A DNA stretch of 64,000 bases. Origin: Oleispira sp. Lineage in GTDB: Bacteria; Pseudomonadota; Gammaproteobacteria; Pseudomonadales; Oceanobacteraceae. A program made the translations under genes and the position numbers. The stretch lies in the NCBI GenBank assembly GCA_016765295.1, contig JAESQF010000095.1, positions 872 through 64,871 on the forward strand, written 5' to 3'. Below, piece by piece: positions 50,222-61,516 of this stretch. The stretch's first letter is position 1. Every line of letters begins with the position of its first letter. Under the pieces are notes generated by a model that was not told the DNA's origin, searched no databases, and worked only from the letters and a program-made list of their open reading frames with translations.

Positions 50222-51061
50222 TTAACTAATAGGAGTAACTTCCATTAGGTTGATACGGCGGGCATTACCGTTGACTATTTTGAAACGCCATTTATTGATA
50301 GTGATCGCTTCATCACATTCAGGTACGCGGCCAAAGTGCTGGACAACAATGCCAGCAATGGTATCGAACTCTTTTTCATCAAATTTAGTATTGAAGTGCT
50401 CGTTAAAGTCCTCAACAGGGGTAAGTGCCTTTACCATGCGTACATCATGATCGAGTTTTTTGATGAAGCTATCGTCATCGTCTTGATCGTGCTCGTCTTC
50501 AATGTCGCCGACGATCTGCTCAAGTACATCTTCAATCGTTACAATACCCGCAATGCCACCAAACTCATCGGCAACAATAGCCATGTGGTTACGAGTAGCG
50601 CGGAATTCTTTTAATAAAATATTTAGACGCTTACTTTCAGGGACAAAGGTCGCTGAGCGCAAAATGTCTGTGATATTAAAATCTTCACGTTGTTCATTTA
50701 AGATTAAAGGTAATAAATCTTTGGCTAACAAAACCCCTAATACTTCATCTTTATCTTCCCCTATTACTGGGAAGCGAGAGTGAGCGGATTCAATAACAGA
50801 AGGTAGAAATTCTTTGATAGAATGTTCGGCCTTGATGTAGACCATTTGGGAACGCGGCACCATAATGTCACGAACCTGCATGTCAGAAATTTGCAGTGCG
50901 CCCTCTAGAGTAGAGAGGGTTTCGCTATCGACGACATTTCTTTCTGCTGCTTCGCGCAGAATATCTTTTAGATCTTGGCGATCATTAGGGTCGTCGGAAA
51001 ACAAGGTGGATAGCTTGTCTAGCCAGGATTTTGATTGGCTACTCGGTCGCTCTTCGCTCAT
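50222..51061 (-). CDS. corC: Mg/Co transport protein CorC (CBS domains)
   Basis: VRDIMVPRSQM, SAHSRFPV and VTIEDVLEQIVGDIEDEHD; upstream of lnt. Confidence 0.93.
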   Translation of the reverse strand: MSEERPSSQSKSWLDKLSTLFSDDPNDRQDLKDILREAAERNVVDSETLSTLEGALQISDMQVRDIMVPRSQMVYIKAEHSIKEFLPSVIESAHSRFPVIGEDKDEVLGVLLAKDLLPLILNEQREDFNITDILRSATFVPESKRLNILLKEFRATRNHMAIVADEFGGIAGIVTIEDVLEQIVGDIEDEHDQDDDDSFIKKLDHDVRMVKALTPVEDFNEHFNTKFDEKEFDTIAGIVVQHFGRVPECDEAITINKWRFKIVNGNARRINLMEVTPIS

Positions 51062-51147
51062 GGGGGGTTGTTGATCTCGCAAATTTCAATAGTTCAGTGC
51101 TTACTTTATAAGGCCTAAACCTTAAAAAGCAAGCTTTTGACGATTTA

Positions 51148-52266
51148 TTATACTTTTTCAAGCAACAAACTACCAATAGAGTAGCCGGCACCAAATGAGC
51201 AAATTAGGCCTTTATCGCCGCTTTTAAAATCTGCTTTGTATTTATGAAAGGCAATCACTGAACCTGAAGACGCGGTATTGGCGAATTCATCCAATACCAC
51301 AGGGGCTTCTTCTAGAGTCGGTAGGCGACCTAGTAATTTCTTGGCGGCGAAGTTATTCATGTTGATATTGGCTTGGTGAAGCCACATGCGTTTCAGATCT
51401 TCTGCTTTCATGTCGTTTTCTTCTAGCTGCTCAGAGATAAAGTTAACAATGAGCGGCAGCAGCTCTTTAAAGACCTTGCGGCCTTGCTGTTGGAAGAAAG
51501 GACGGCCTTCTGGTAACTCATCAAAGCAATAATCTGCGTAAGACGCATCGCTACGGATATTATCTGAGTACTGAGTCATTTGCTTGGTATCGATAATGCG
51601 GAATGCGCCATCACTGGTGCAAGTGGCTTCGGGTTCAAGGATAGCTGCGGTGGCGACATCACCAAAAATAAAGTGGCTATCACGGTTTTTGAAGTTTAAG
51701 CCTGGAGTAGTGAACTCAGGGTTGATGAATAATACACACTTGGCAATGCCTGCTGCTAATGCCGCGTAGGCGTTGATCATACCGAAAGTAGCGGATGAGC
51801 AGGCGATGCCCATATCATATGCGCTGCCCTTAATACCAAGGTCGCGTTGTATTTCAACCGAGATACCAGGGTAATCGCGTTGTCGAAAGGTACTAGAGAC
51901 TATGATGAGATCAATATCTTCTGCGGTCTTGCCTGCGTCAGTCATAGCTTGCTTAGCAGCGGCAATGCCCATGGTTACCATTTCAGGTGTTTTGCCTTCT
52001 TCGGTCATGGGGAAGACGGGTTGCATTATGTTGGGGTCGATAATGCCATCTTTATACATAGCATAACGGGATTTAATACCTGAGGCTTTTTCAATAAATT
52101 CAGGACTTGAGCCCACTAAAGCTTCTACCTCGCCAGCTTCAATCTCAGATGCATGTTGATCATTAAATTTTTCCACGTATTGGTTAAAAGCAATAACCAA
52201 TTCTTCATTACTAATGGAGTGCGGAGGAATGAATAAGCCTGTACCGGAAATAACGAACTGAGACAT
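51148..52266 (-). CDS. Beta-ketoacyl-ACP synthase III (long, PA3286-type)
   Basis: ACSSATFG (Cys), WLHQAN (His), FANTAS (Asn), RDSHFIFGD and CSFGAGYSIG; N-terminal insertion. Confidence 0.9.
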   Translation of the reverse strand: MSQFVISGTGLFIPPHSISNEELVIAFNQYVEKFNDQHASEIEAGEVEALVGSSPEFIEKASGIKSRYAMYKDGIIDPNIMQPVFPMTEEGKTPEMVTMGIAAAKQAMTDAGKTAEDIDLIIVSSTFRQRDYPGISVEIQRDLGIKGSAYDMGIACSSATFGMINAYAALAAGIAKCVLFINPEFTTPGLNFKNRDSHFIFGDVATAAILEPEATCTSDGAFRIIDTKQMTQYSDNIRSDASYADYCFDELPEGRPFFQQQGRKVFKELLPLIVNFISEQLEENDMKAEDLKRMWLHQANINMNNFAAKKLLGRLPTLEEAPVVLDEFANTASSGSVIAFHKYKADFKSGDKGLICSFGAGYSIGSLLLEKV

Positions 52267-52379
52267 AATGGTTTAACCTAACTAAATTTGATCTGTAATT
52301 ATCAGCCTATGCTATCAAAACTATTTAGGTGGGTCTTGTGCGAGTGGCGGGATATGAGCATTATTATTAATTTTTTGCG

Positions 52380-52405
52380 AAAAAATTACTTTCCGTAGAG
52401 GAAAG
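52380..52405 (-). terminator. Intrinsic terminator of the yhbY transcript
   Basis: Minus strand CTTTCC-tctac-GGAAAG-TAATTTTTT. Confidence 0.5.
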
Positions 52406-52500
52406 AGTGAGGAGAAAAGCGGGGTAAGCAAGATTGTCTGAGCGCCAGCGATGAATGCTGGCGCCTTTTCACTGGCTACAAAGAAAGTCAGTAAATAATT

Positions 52501-52800
52501 CTAAGATAAATTAGAAAGTTTAGGATGAGCTTTAGGATTACGGCGCACGATTAAGGCAACCTTACCAATTTTTTGAATGAGCTCAGATTTAGTTTCTTTA
52601 ACCATTTCGTCAATCGCTTGAGCGCGCATGTCGCGTTCGCCAATAGCGATTTTTACTTTAATTAACTCGTGATCATCCAGAGCACGATTCAACTCGTCCA
52701 GTACGGTTTCCGATAAGCCATTACCGGCTATGGTTACAACTGGGTTTAGATTATGGCCAATAGAGCGCATTGCTTTCTTTTGTTCAGCAGAAATTGCCAT
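52501..52800 (-). CDS. yhbY: RNA-binding CRM-domain protein YhbY
   Basis: GHNLNPVV.I...GL and ALDDHELIKVK; divergent from rlmE. Confidence 0.95.
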   Translation of the reverse strand: MAISAEQKKAMRSIGHNLNPVVTIAGNGLSETVLDELNRALDDHELIKVKIAIGERDMRAQAIDEMVKETKSELIQKIGKVALIVRRNPKAHPKLSNLS

Positions 52801-52911
52801 CAGATTCGGTTGCCTAACTTAATTAAGTGGTAAACTCTGATTATATAGTAATAACTTCGAATTTGCCGCTTAAAGCGGCAATCTGTAGAAAACCAATTGA
52901 GAAATAAAGAT

Positions 52912-53532
52912 ATGGCGCGTTCAAAATCGAGTAATGATTGGATGGATGAGCATTTTAATGATCATTATGTAATGAAAGCCAAAGAAGAGGGTTACCGCTC
53001 TCGCGCCTGCTATAAGCTAATGGAAATCGACGACAAAGATAAATTGATAAGACCCGGAATGACCGTGGTTGATTTGGGCTCAGCTCCTGGCAGCTGGTCG
53101 CAAGTTGCGGTTAAGCGTGTAGGTGATCATGGTTTGGTTGTTGCGTCAGATATTTTACCGATGGATGGCATTGCAGGTGTGACTTTCTTACAGGGCGATT
53201 TTACCGAAGAATCGGTATTTGATGAGTTAATGACCATCATCGGTGATCGCCCGGTAGACCTTGTAATTTCCGATATGGCCCCCAATATGAGTGGAGTGAG
53301 TGCAGTGGATCAGCCAAGTGCCATGTATTTGGTGGAGCTTGCGTTGGATATGGCGCGTCAGGTATTAAAACCCGGTGGCAACTATGTGGCGAAGGTTTTT
53401 CATGGGGAAGGCTTTGATGAATACCTTAAAGATATGCGCTCATCGTTCCAGAAAGTTGTGACTCGTAAGCCAGATTCTTCCCGAGCTCGTTCTCGGGAAG
53501 TGTATTTGGTGGCAAAAGGTTATAAAGGTTAG
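52912..53532 (+). CDS. rlmE: 23S rRNA Um2552 2'-O-methyltransferase
   Basis: [26 protein letters not shown] and SRARSREVY motifs. Confidence 0.97.
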   Translation: MARSKSSNDWMDEHFNDHYVMKAKEEGYRSRACYKLMEIDDKDKLIRPGMTVVDLGSAPGSWSQVAVKRVGDHGLVVASDILPMDGIAGVTFLQGDFTEESVFDELMTIIGDRPVDLVISDMAPNMSGVSAVDQPSAMYLVELALDMARQVLKPGGNYVAKVFHGEGFDEYLKDMRSSFQKVVTRKPDSSRARSREVYLVAKGYKG

Positions 53533-53673
53533 CCAATTTTTTGCTAGAGTAGTTAATAGGGTAAAGAAAGGTATAAATGGCCGTTGTTTCCCGATTAAGG
53601 CTATGGATGTACTAGAGATCAAATTAAAAGCTGCGTAAGCTACTGGGTTTACGCTATATATAAAATTAGAGGT

Positions 53674-55584
53674 ATGCCTGTTATGGCAAAGAATTTAGTA
53701 CTTTGGGCCATCATCGCAGCAGTATTGATGACGGTTTTTAATAATTTCCAAAATGTCAGTCAAACCAAAGAACTCAAGTATTCTGAATTTATAAGCAGTG
53801 TGCGCACCGGTCAGGTTGAGCGCGTTAGCATTGCCGGTCAGAATATCGAAGGGGTACTGAGCAATGGTGAGGGGTTCTCTACCATATTGCCTGCTTACGA
53901 CGATAAATTAATCGATGACCTATTGAATAACAATGTTCAGGTCGAAGGAAAAAAACCTGAGCAGCAGAGTATCTGGACTCAGTTATTAGTTGCTTCGTTT
54001 CCTATTCTAGTAATTATCGCAGTCTTCATGTTTTTCATGCGCCAGATGCAAGGTGGTGCTGGCGGCAAAGGCGGTCCGATGTCATTCGGCAAGAGTAAAG
54101 CCAAGCTATTAAGCGATGACCAGATTAAAACAACGTTTGATGATGTTGCAGGTTGTGATGAGGCCAAAGAAGACGTTAAAGAATTAGTCGATTTCTTAGT
54201 GGATCCTGGCAAATATCAGCGTCTGGGTGGGCGAATTCCGCGCGGTGTTTTATTAGAAGGTCCTCCGGGAACAGGTAAAACATTATTAGCGAAGGCCATT
54301 GCCGGTGAGGCGAAAGTGCCTTTCTTCTCAATTTCAGGTTCTGATTTCGTAGAAATGTTTGTCGGTGTTGGTGCATCTCGTGTGCGTGACATGTTTGAGC
54401 AAGCTAAAAAACAAGCGCCTTGTATTATCTTTATTGATGAAATTGATGCGGTAGGTCGTAGTCGAGGGGGCGGTCATGGTGGTGGTAACGATGAGCGTGA
54501 GCAAACGTTAAACCAGTTATTGGTAGAGATGGATGGTTTTGAAGCTAATGACGGCGTTATTGTTATTGCCGCGACAAACCGTGCGGATGTATTAGATAAA
54601 GCATTATTACGACCTGGGCGTTTTGACCGTCAAGTTGTTGTTGGCCTTCCTGATGTTCGTGGGCGTGAGCAAATTCTGAAAGTACACATGCGTAAAGTGC
54701 CACTAGCAGATGATGTTAAGGCATCGGTTCTTGCTCGTGGTACTCCTGGATTTTCAGGCGCTGATTTGGCAAACCTAGTGAATGAGTCCGCTTTATTTGC
54801 AGCGCGTGCTGCGAAGAGCTTAGTCACAATGGAAGAGTTTGAGAAAGCTAAAGATAAAATCATGATGGGTGCTGAGCGTAAGACCATGGTGATGTCAGAG
54901 AAAGAGAAAGAAAGTACTGCATATCATGAAGCGGGGCATGCCATCGTTGGTTGTTTGTCAGAAGAACACGATCCTGTTCATAAAGTGACGATCATTCCTC
55001 GCGGCAGAGCATTAGGTGTGACTTTCTTCTTGCCAGAAGCTGATCGAATTAGTGAAAGTCGTCGTAAAATCATGGGTGATATTGCTACCGCTTATGGTGG
55101 TCGAATTGCCGAAGAGATGCTTTATGGCAAAGACGGCGTGAGTACTGGTGCTTCTCAAGATATTAAAATGGCGACGTACTTTGCTCGTGCGATGGTGGTG
55201 AATTATGGTTTGTCAGATGCCTTGGGGCCGCTTGATTATGATTCTCGTGACTCTGATGGCATTGGATCGCGCCACGTCTCTGATGAAACGTCACGTTTAA
55301 TCGATAAAGAAATTAAGCGTATCACTGAAGAGTGTTATGCCCGAGCTGAAAAGATTCTAGAAGATAATCGTGACATCTTAGAATCAATGAAAGTAGCGTT
55401 GATGGAGTATGAAACGATTGATTCGGATCAGGTGTCTGATTTGATGAAGCGACAGAAGGTGCGTTTGCCAGCTTCTTGGGATGATAAGAATGGCGGCTCA
55501 CCAGCGGCTACTGCAGAGGAAACCGACCTAGGCGAAGGTGGCGAGCAAAAAGATAATGAAGCGGGTGATGCTGCTGACGTATAA
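53674..55584 (+). CDS. ftsH: ATP-dependent zinc metalloprotease FtsH
   Basis: [23 protein letters not shown] and HEAGH motifs. Confidence 0.98.
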   Translation: MPVMAKNLVLWAIIAAVLMTVFNNFQNVSQTKELKYSEFISSVRTGQVERVSIAGQNIEGVLSNGEGFSTILPAYDDKLIDDLLNNNVQVEGKKPEQQSIWTQLLVASFPILVIIAVFMFFMRQMQGGAGGKGGPMSFGKSKAKLLSDDQIKTTFDDVAGCDEAKEDVKELVDFLVDPGKYQRLGGRIPRGVLLEGPPGTGKTLLAKAIAGEAKVPFFSISGSDFVEMFVGVGASRVRDMFEQAKKQAPCIIFIDEIDAVGRSRGGGHGGGNDEREQTLNQLLVEMDGFEANDGVIVIAATNRADVLDKALLRPGRFDRQVVVGLPDVRGREQILKVHMRKVPLADDVKASVLARGTPGFSGADLANLVNESALFAARAAKSLVTMEEFEKAKDKIMMGAERKTMVMSEKEKESTAYHEAGHAIVGCLSEEHDPVHKVTIIPRGRALGVTFFLPEADRISESRRKIMGDIATAYGGRIAEEMLYGKDGVSTGASQDIKMATYFARAMVVNYGLSDALGPLDYDSRDSDGIGSRHVSDETSRLIDKEIKRITEECYARAEKILEDNRDILESMKVALMEYETIDSDQVSDLMKRQKVRLPASWDDKNGGSPAATAEETDLGEGGEQKDNEAGDAADV

Positions 55585-55610
55585 TGAGTTAATGACTTAT
55601 TGTTGTATCT

Positions 55611-55638
55611 AAAAGAGCGGGCTTAGGCCCGTTTTTTT
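55611..55638 (+). terminator. Intrinsic terminator after ftsH
   Basis: GCGGGC-ttag-GCCCGT followed by a T tract. Confidence 0.75.
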
Positions 55639-55642
55639 ATGA

Positions 55643-56509
55643 GTGAATATAAAAACTATGACGAAAAAATTACTACCTTGTGGTCAAAAAAATGGTCGCG
55701 TGCAGCTACTTGATTTGAATCACTGCAATATAATGGGGATTCTCAATGTAACCCCAGACTCATTTTCTGATGGCGGCTCCTTTAATAATCTAGATAAAGC
55801 CTTGTTTCATGCTGAAAAGATGATCAAGCAAGGGGCGACGCTGATTGATGTTGGTGGAGAATCTACCCGTCCTGGTGCTGCTCCGGTCTCGCCGCAAGAA
55901 GAGCTTGATAGAGTAATACCTGTGATTGAGGCGATTCATAAAAACCTCAATACTATTGTTTCGGTCGATACCAGTACCTCACAAGTGATTACTCACTCCG
56001 CTGCGGCGGGTGTGGGTTTGATTAATGATGTGCGTGCTCTGCAGCGAGAGGGGGCCTTAGCCGCTGCCGCAGCAACTGATTTACCTATTTGTTTGATGCA
56101 TATGCAGGGTCAGCCAGATACCATGCAGCAGGCGCCGAGTTATGATGATGTGGTAACTGATATTCATGAATTCTTAGCAGAGCGAGTGAGTGCTTGTGCG
56201 GGTGTTGGCATAGATAAGGAGCGTTTAATTCTGGATCCTGGTTTTGGCTTCGGTAAGGCTTTAGGTCATAATTACCGATTATTAAACCAGCTAGAGAGTT
56301 TTCATCAGTTGGGCTTGCCACTTTTAGTTGGGATTTCTCGTAAAACAATGCTCGGTAAAGTGCTAAATAATAGACCTGCGGATCAGAGACTGAGTGCGAG
56401 TCTAGCCGCAGCGGTTATTGCTGCGATGAAAGGTGCGGCAATTTTACGGGTTCATGATGTCGCTGAAACTCATGACGCTTTGCGGGTAGTGAATGCAACG
56501 CTGGCTTAA
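55643..56509 (+). CDS. folP: Dihydropteroate synthase
   Basis: MGILNVTPDSFSDGG, GGESTRPG, DPGFGFGK and RVHDV motifs. Confidence 0.97.
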   Translation: MNIKTMTKKLLPCGQKNGRVQLLDLNHCNIMGILNVTPDSFSDGGSFNNLDKALFHAEKMIKQGATLIDVGGESTRPGAAPVSPQEELDRVIPVIEAIHKNLNTIVSVDTSTSQVITHSAAAGVGLINDVRALQREGALAAAAATDLPICLMHMQGQPDTMQQAPSYDDVVTDIHEFLAERVSACAGVGIDKERLILDPGFGFGKALGHNYRLLNQLESFHQLGLPLLVGISRKTMLGKVLNNRPADQRLSASLAAAVIAAMKGAAILRVHDVAETHDALRVVNATLA

Positions 56510-56567
56510 GAAAAAGTTTAAAAATATAGTTCGAGAAATAGTTTAGATACATTCCAAGGAAAGAATA

Positions 56568-57902
56568 ATGAGCAGAAAATATTTTGGCACCGACGGTATT
56601 CGCGGTGAAGTAGGGATATATCCAATTACTCCTGAATTTGTTATGAAATTGGGTTGGGCTGCGGGTAAAGTATTTGCTAAACAGGGAAAGAGTAAGATTC
56701 TAATAGGTAAAGATACTCGTATATCTGGCTATATGTTTGAGTCGGCGCTAGAAGCAGGTTTATCTGCTGCGGGAGTTGATAGCGGTATGTTAGGTCCTAT
56801 GCCGACGCCGGGTATCGCTTATTTAACCCGTACTTTTCATGCGGATGCTGGGATCGTTATCAGCGCCTCTCATAATGCCTTTCAAGACAACGGTATTAAA
56901 TTCTTCGCCGCTGATGGTACCAAGCTCGATGACGCTGTTGAGCTGGAAATCGAGAAATATCTTGATGAGCCAATGACCACAGTATCTTCAGATCAGCTTG
57001 GTAAAGCATTTCGAATTGACGATGCTGCTGGACGTTATATTGAATTTTGTAAAAGTACCGTGCGCCGCTTAAAACTAAAAGGAAAGCGCATTGTTTTAGA
57101 CTGTGCTCACGGTGCAACTTATCAAATTGCCCCGGCGGTATTTGAGGAGTTAGGCGCTGAAGTGATTGCTATTGGTGTTGAGCCGAATGGCCTGAATATC
57201 AATAAAAATGTGGGTTCAACGTCTCCTTTGGCGCTGCAGCAAAAAGTCATCGAGACCCGCGCGGATTTAGGTATCGGTTTTGATGGTGATGGCGATCGCG
57301 TTGTTATGGTTGATGAAAAAGGTGAGGTTGTCGATGGTGACGAATTGCTCTACATCATGGCTATACATGCTCGTAGTCGTAAGCGTCTAGGGGGTGGTGT
57401 GGTAGGTACCTTGATGAGTAATTTAGGCCTAGAGCTGGCGTTAAAGAAAGAGAAGATCGACTTTGTGCGCGCCAATGTCGGTGACCGTTATGTGATGCAG
57501 CAGTTAAAAGAACATAATTGGCGCTTTGGTGGGGAGTCTTCTGGCCATTTGTTATGCTTGGATTCAACGTCTACCGGTGATGGTGTCGTCTCTGCGCTAC
57601 AGGTGATGATGGCTGTGCAGGATTCAGGTAAGAGCTTATTTGAACTTAAGTCCGGCATGACAAAGTGTCCGCAAACCATGATCAATGTTCGTCGCAATAA
57701 AGATATTGATGTGGCTAAGGATGAAACCATACAAGCAGCTGCCGCTGCGGTTGAGGTTGAACTAGAGGGACGTGGTCGCGTTCTACTGCGCGCATCGGGT
57801 ACTGAGCCAGTTGTGCGGGTGATGGTTGAAGGCGAAGATGGCGTTTTAGTTGCTCAGAAAGCGCAGCAATTAGCAAAGATTGTTGAGGGAATTATATCTT
57901 AA
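56568..57902 (+). CDS. glmM: Phosphoglucosamine mutase
   Basis: [28 protein letters not shown] and RASGTEP motifs. Confidence 0.97.
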   Translation: MSRKYFGTDGIRGEVGIYPITPEFVMKLGWAAGKVFAKQGKSKILIGKDTRISGYMFESALEAGLSAAGVDSGMLGPMPTPGIAYLTRTFHADAGIVISASHNAFQDNGIKFFAADGTKLDDAVELEIEKYLDEPMTTVSSDQLGKAFRIDDAAGRYIEFCKSTVRRLKLKGKRIVLDCAHGATYQIAPAVFEELGAEVIAIGVEPNGLNINKNVGSTSPLALQQKVIETRADLGIGFDGDGDRVVMVDEKGEVVDGDELLYIMAIHARSRKRLGGGVVGTLMSNLGLELALKKEKIDFVRANVGDRYVMQQLKEHNWRFGGESSGHLLCLDSTSTGDGVVSALQVMMAVQDSGKSLFELKSGMTKCPQTMINVRRNKDIDVAKDETIQAAAAAVEVELEGRGRVLLRASGTEPVVRVMVEGEDGVLVAQKAQQLAKIVEGIIS

Positions 57903-57910
57903 TTTCAATT

Positions 57911-57954
57911 TTAGCCATCTACCACTTGAGTCAGATGGCTAACTTCGCTACTAT
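57911..57954 (+). promoter_or_regulatory. sigma70-like tpiA promoter overlapping a hairpin
   Basis: TTGAGT-N17-TACTAT (57926-57954) within the TTAGCCATCT...AGATGGCTAA inverted repeat. Confidence 0.5.
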
Positions 57955-57983
57955 CTCGCCCTGTTTTATATCGTGAGGTGATT

Positions 57984-58727
57984 ATGCGTCGTCTATTGGT
58001 GGCTGGTAACTGGAAGATGAATGCCAGTAAGGTCATGTTGAATGAATTGTTAGCTGGCATTACTGCAAATGCTCCGCAGCAAACTGACGTCGTTGTATTT
58101 CCACCGGCTCCTTATTTAATGGCAGCCGCCGATAAATTACAGGGCAGTTCAGTTAAATTTGGCGGTCAGAACCTAAACGCCAACGAAAGTGGCGCTTATA
58201 CCGGTGAAGTATCTGCTAGTATGCTAGTCGATTGTGGCTGTGAAGCGGTATTGGTTGGGCACTCAGAGCGTCGTACGCTTAATAGTGAAACTGATGCGGA
58301 CGTATTAGCTAAAACGAAAGTAGCACTGACTGCGGGTTTGATACCTTATGTATGCGTGGGTGAAACGCTAGTACAGCGTGAAGCGAATAAGACCGAAGCG
58401 GTTATTGAGCAGCAAATTAATGCGGTGTTGAATGGATTGAGTATTCAGCAGTTAGCAAAATGTGTATTTGCCTATGAGCCTGTTTGGGCGATTGGTACGG
58501 GGAAGACAGCTTCTCCAGAGCAAGCGCAGCAAGTACATGCATTTATTCGTGGCTTAATAGCGGCGAAAGATGAAAAATTAGCACTGAACAGTCATATTCT
58601 TTATGGTGGCAGTGTGAAAGCGAGTAATGCGAAAGAATTGTTCGCGCAGCAAGATATTGATGGTGGCTTAGTGGGCGGTGCTTCACTAATAGCTGAAGAA
58701 TTTTTAGGAATCTGTAATCCGGCGTAA
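57984..58727 (+). CDS. tpiA: Triosephosphate isomerase
   Basis: AGNWKMN, GHSERR, AYEPVWAIGTG, YGGSV and LVGGASL motifs. Confidence 0.98.
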   Translation: MRRLLVAGNWKMNASKVMLNELLAGITANAPQQTDVVVFPPAPYLMAAADKLQGSSVKFGGQNLNANESGAYTGEVSASMLVDCGCEAVLVGHSERRTLNSETDADVLAKTKVALTAGLIPYVCVGETLVQREANKTEAVIEQQINAVLNGLSIQQLAKCVFAYEPVWAIGTGKTASPEQAQQVHAFIRGLIAAKDEKLALNSHILYGGSVKASNAKELFAQQDIDGGLVGGASLIAEEFLGICNPA

Positions 58728-58755
58728 TGCTGGTGCGAATAATAGGTAGAGAATA

Positions 58756-59145
58756 ATGGAAAAGATTACCCTAGTAGTACATATTTTATTAGCCTTTAGT
58801 GTTATTGGCCTAGTAATGATCCAGCAAGGAAAGGGAGCCGACGCCGGCGCTTCTTTTGGTGGTGGTGGTTCGCAAACAGTTTTTGGTGGTCAGGGTTCGG
58901 GTAATTTCCTAAGCCGTTTGACAGCTATTGGTGCTGCGGTTTTTTTCGCAACTAGTATGATATTGGCTGTTGTCGCGAGTGACAAGGCTCGAGGCATTAA
59001 TGATTTGGGTATCCCAGCACAAGAAACTATAGAGCTTCTTGAGCAAGATGCTCCGTTTGTGGAAGCGTATGCTCCTACTACGGATGCTCCCGATGTCGAT
59101 GTCTCTATTGATGATGTACCAGTGCTAGAAGTACCTGCACAATAA
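58756..59145 (+). CDS. secG: Preprotein translocase subunit SecG
   Basis: QQGKGADAGASFGGGGSQTVFG..GSGNFL. Confidence 0.96.
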   Translation: MEKITLVVHILLAFSVIGLVMIQQGKGADAGASFGGGGSQTVFGGQGSGNFLSRLTAIGAAVFFATSMILAVVASDKARGINDLGIPAQETIELLEQDAPFVEAYAPTTDAPDVDVSIDDVPVLEVPAQ

Positions 59146-59166
59146 GCATCGAGCAGTAGAAGTTTC

Positions 59167-59252
59167 GCGGATGTGGTGAAACGGTAGACACGCCACCTTG
59201 AGGGGGTGGTGGGCTTAGGCCCGTGGGAGTTCGAATCTCCCCATCCGCACCA
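59167..59252 (+). tRNA. tRNA-Leu (anticodon GAG)
   Basis: GCGGATG acceptor stem pairing with CATCCGC-ACCA; anticodon arm CCACC-TTGAGGG-GGTGG; long variable arm; GTTCGAATC T-loop. Confidence 0.96.
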
Positions 59253-59306
59253 ATTCGCTTTTTTAGTCTATCAGGCATATAATTGCCGCAGATTAGAAAA
59301 GCAAAG

Positions 59307-59334
59307 CAAAGAGCCCCTCGTTAGGGGCTTTTTG
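59307..59334 (+). terminator. Intrinsic terminator after tRNA-Leu
   Basis: AGCCCCT-cgtt-AGGGGCT-TTTT. Confidence 0.75.
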
Positions 59335-59424
59335 TTAGGCGTTGTTTTATTAAACGCGCCGATCAGAGAAAGCTAATGACCGCGTTGTGCGATTTGGTTT
59401 TCTTGTCTGCAAGGCGGTACGCGG

Positions 59425-59449
59425 ACTGGGCACATGTTGCCCAGTTTTT
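59425..59449 (+). terminator. rimP-leader-like terminator/attenuator hairpin
   Basis: ACTGGGCA-catgt-TGCCCAGT-TTTT about 60 nt upstream of rimP, the position of the gammaproteobacterial rimP leader. Confidence 0.65.
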
Positions 59450-59511
59450 GTTTCTGACGTTTGAAAATCGCAGATATTTTATAAAATGTACAAATTTAAA
59501 GGTTACTAAGC

Positions 59512-59973
59512 TTGGCTAGTAAAGAAGAACTATTACACGAAATGATTGCTCCGGCTATCGAAGCTATGGACTTGACCCTCTGGGGGCTCGAGTATTCAGC
59601 TCAAGGCAAGCACTCTGTTTTACGCATCTACATCGATCATGAGAACGGTGTAAGCGTTGATAACTGCGCAGCTGTCAGTCGACAGGTGAGCGCTATCATG
59701 GATGTAGAAGATCCTATTAGCCAGGAATATACCCTGGAAGTGTCATCACCGGGTATGGACCGCCCGTTGTTTACTCTAGAACAGTTTAGAAAATACATTA
59801 ATGAGTGGGCTGATATCCGTTTACGTATGCCATTTGATGGTCGTCGTAAATTTAAGGGTGTCATCATCAATATTGAAGATCAGGATGTAGTCGTGCGGGT
59901 TGACCAGCATGAATACTTACTGCCCATTGATATGATTGAAAAAGCACACGTTATTCCCCAATTCAAGGACTAG
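59512..59973 (+). CDS. rimP: Ribosome maturation factor RimP
   Basis: [26 protein letters not shown] and GRRKFKG motifs; TTG start. Confidence 0.96.
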   Translation: MASKEELLHEMIAPAIEAMDLTLWGLEYSAQGKHSVLRIYIDHENGVSVDNCAAVSRQVSAIMDVEDPISQEYTLEVSSPGMDRPLFTLEQFRKYINEWADIRLRMPFDGRRKFKGVIINIEDQDVVVRVDQHEYLLPIDMIEKAHVIPQFKD

Positions 59974-59992
59974 ACAGAGAGCGAGGCTAGAA

Positions 59993-61489
59993 ATGAGTAA
60001 AGAAATACTTCTGGTCGCGGAAGCGGTTTCAAACGAAAAAGGCGTTGATAAAGAAATTATTTTCGATGCGATTGAAGCCGCATTAGCAGCGGCGACCACA
60101 AAACGTTATGAAGACGAAGACGCAACTATTACTGTAAGCATTGATCGCCGTACGGGCGAATATGTAACTTTCCGAAGCTGGTTAGTTGTAAGCAATGATG
60201 TAGTACCAGGCTTAGGCGATGAGCTAACACTTGAAGAAGCGTTAGAAATCGACGAAAACTTAAAGCCAGGTGACACGTATGAAACGGAGGTCGACAATGT
60301 TGCCTTCGATCGTATTGGTGCTCAAGCTGCTAAGCAAATCATTGTACAGAAAGTACGTGAAGCTGAACGCGCGATGGTTGTTGAGCAATACCAAGATCGT
60401 GTTGGCGAGTTAGTTAGCGGCAGCGTTAAGAAAGTAACTCGTGATAACGTGATTGTTGATTTGGGTAATAACGCTGAAGGCTTGTTGCCAAAAGATCAAT
60501 TGATCGGTCGTGAGATCGTTCGTATGGGGGATCGTGTACGTGCTGTTTTAGATTGTATTCGCCCAGAAAATCGTGGACCTCAATTAATGCTGAGCCGAAT
60601 TGTGCCAGAGATGATGATTGAGTTGTTCCGCATTGAAGTGCCTGAAATCTCCGAAGAAGTGATTGAGATTAAGGGTGCTGCTCGTGACCCTGGTTCTCGT
60701 GCCAAGATTGCTGTGAAAACTAACGATGGCCGCATGGATCCTGTTGGAGCTTGTGTAGGTATGCGTGGTTCTCGTGTGCAAGCTGTGACGAATGAGTTAG
60801 GTGGTAACGAGCGTATTGATATCGTGCTTTGGGATGACAATCCTGCGCAACTCGTTATCAATGCCATGGCTCCTGCCGAAGTTAGCTCTATCATCGTAGA
60901 TGAAGATTCTCACTCGATGGATGTTGCCGTAGCCGAAGACAATTTAGCGCAAGCGATTGGTCGTGGTGGACAGAATGTACGTTTGGCGTCTGAGCTTACC
61001 GGCTGGGAAATCAACGTGATGACTGAAGCCGCAGCCGCTGAAAAGCAAAATGAAGAAGCGGGTAGCATCATTGATGACTTTACCCATCAGCTGGATATCG
61101 ATGAAGACTTCGCAGAAGTATTAGTTGAAGAAGGGTTCACCACGCTAGAAGAAGTTGCTTACGTACCAATTGCTGAAATCATTGCCATTGATGGCCTTGA
61201 TGAAGAGATTGCGACTGAACTTCAAAATCGTGCGAAAGATGTGTTATTAACACAAGCGATTGCTTCTGAAGAAAAACTGGAAGAAGCAGAGCCTGCTGAA
61301 GACTTGTTAACAATGGAAGGCATGGATAAACACCTTGCTCTTGTATTGGCAAGCCAAGGCATTTGCACGATGGAAGATCTAGCAGAACAAGCCATCGACG
61401 ATATTATTGATATCGAAGGCATGACAGAAGAAAAAGCGTCAGAGATTATTATGACTGCTCGTCAGCCTTGGTTTGAAGACGCTGAGTAA
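59993..61489 (+). CDS. nusA: Transcription termination/antitermination factor NusA
   Basis: [30 protein letters not shown] and [13 protein letters not shown]; GAGG RBS before ATG 59993. Confidence 0.98.
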   Translation: MSKEILLVAEAVSNEKGVDKEIIFDAIEAALAAATTKRYEDEDATITVSIDRRTGEYVTFRSWLVVSNDVVPGLGDELTLEEALEIDENLKPGDTYETEVDNVAFDRIGAQAAKQIIVQKVREAERAMVVEQYQDRVGELVSGSVKKVTRDNVIVDLGNNAEGLLPKDQLIGREIVRMGDRVRAVLDCIRPENRGPQLMLSRIVPEMMIELFRIEVPEISEEVIEIKGAARDPGSRAKIAVKTNDGRMDPVGACVGMRGSRVQAVTNELGGNERIDIVLWDDNPAQLVINAMAPAEVSSIIVDEDSHSMDVAVAEDNLAQAIGRGGQNVRLASELTGWEINVMTEAAAAEKQNEEAGSIIDDFTHQLDIDEDFAEVLVEEGFTTLEEVAYVPIAEIIAIDGLDEEIATELQNRAKDVLLTQAIASEEKLEEAEPAEDLLTMEGMDKHLALVLASQGICTMEDLAEQAIDDIIDIEGMTEEKASEIIMTARQPWFEDAE

Positions 61490-61516
61490 TAGATTCACTC
61501 GGCATAGGAGAGATGC

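Noticed and set aside
52863-52881. Palindrome TTGCCGCT-taa-AGCGGCAA between yhbY and rlmE as a repeat element
   Set aside because: Single copy in the window; probably an ordinary 5'UTR hairpin or operator, with no further support.
55619-55632. GGGCTTAGGCCCGT shared between the ftsH terminator and the tRNA-Leu variable arm (possible att site)
   Set aside because: Only 14 bp and largely self-complementary, not the tRNA 3' end, and it brackets core genes with no integrase.
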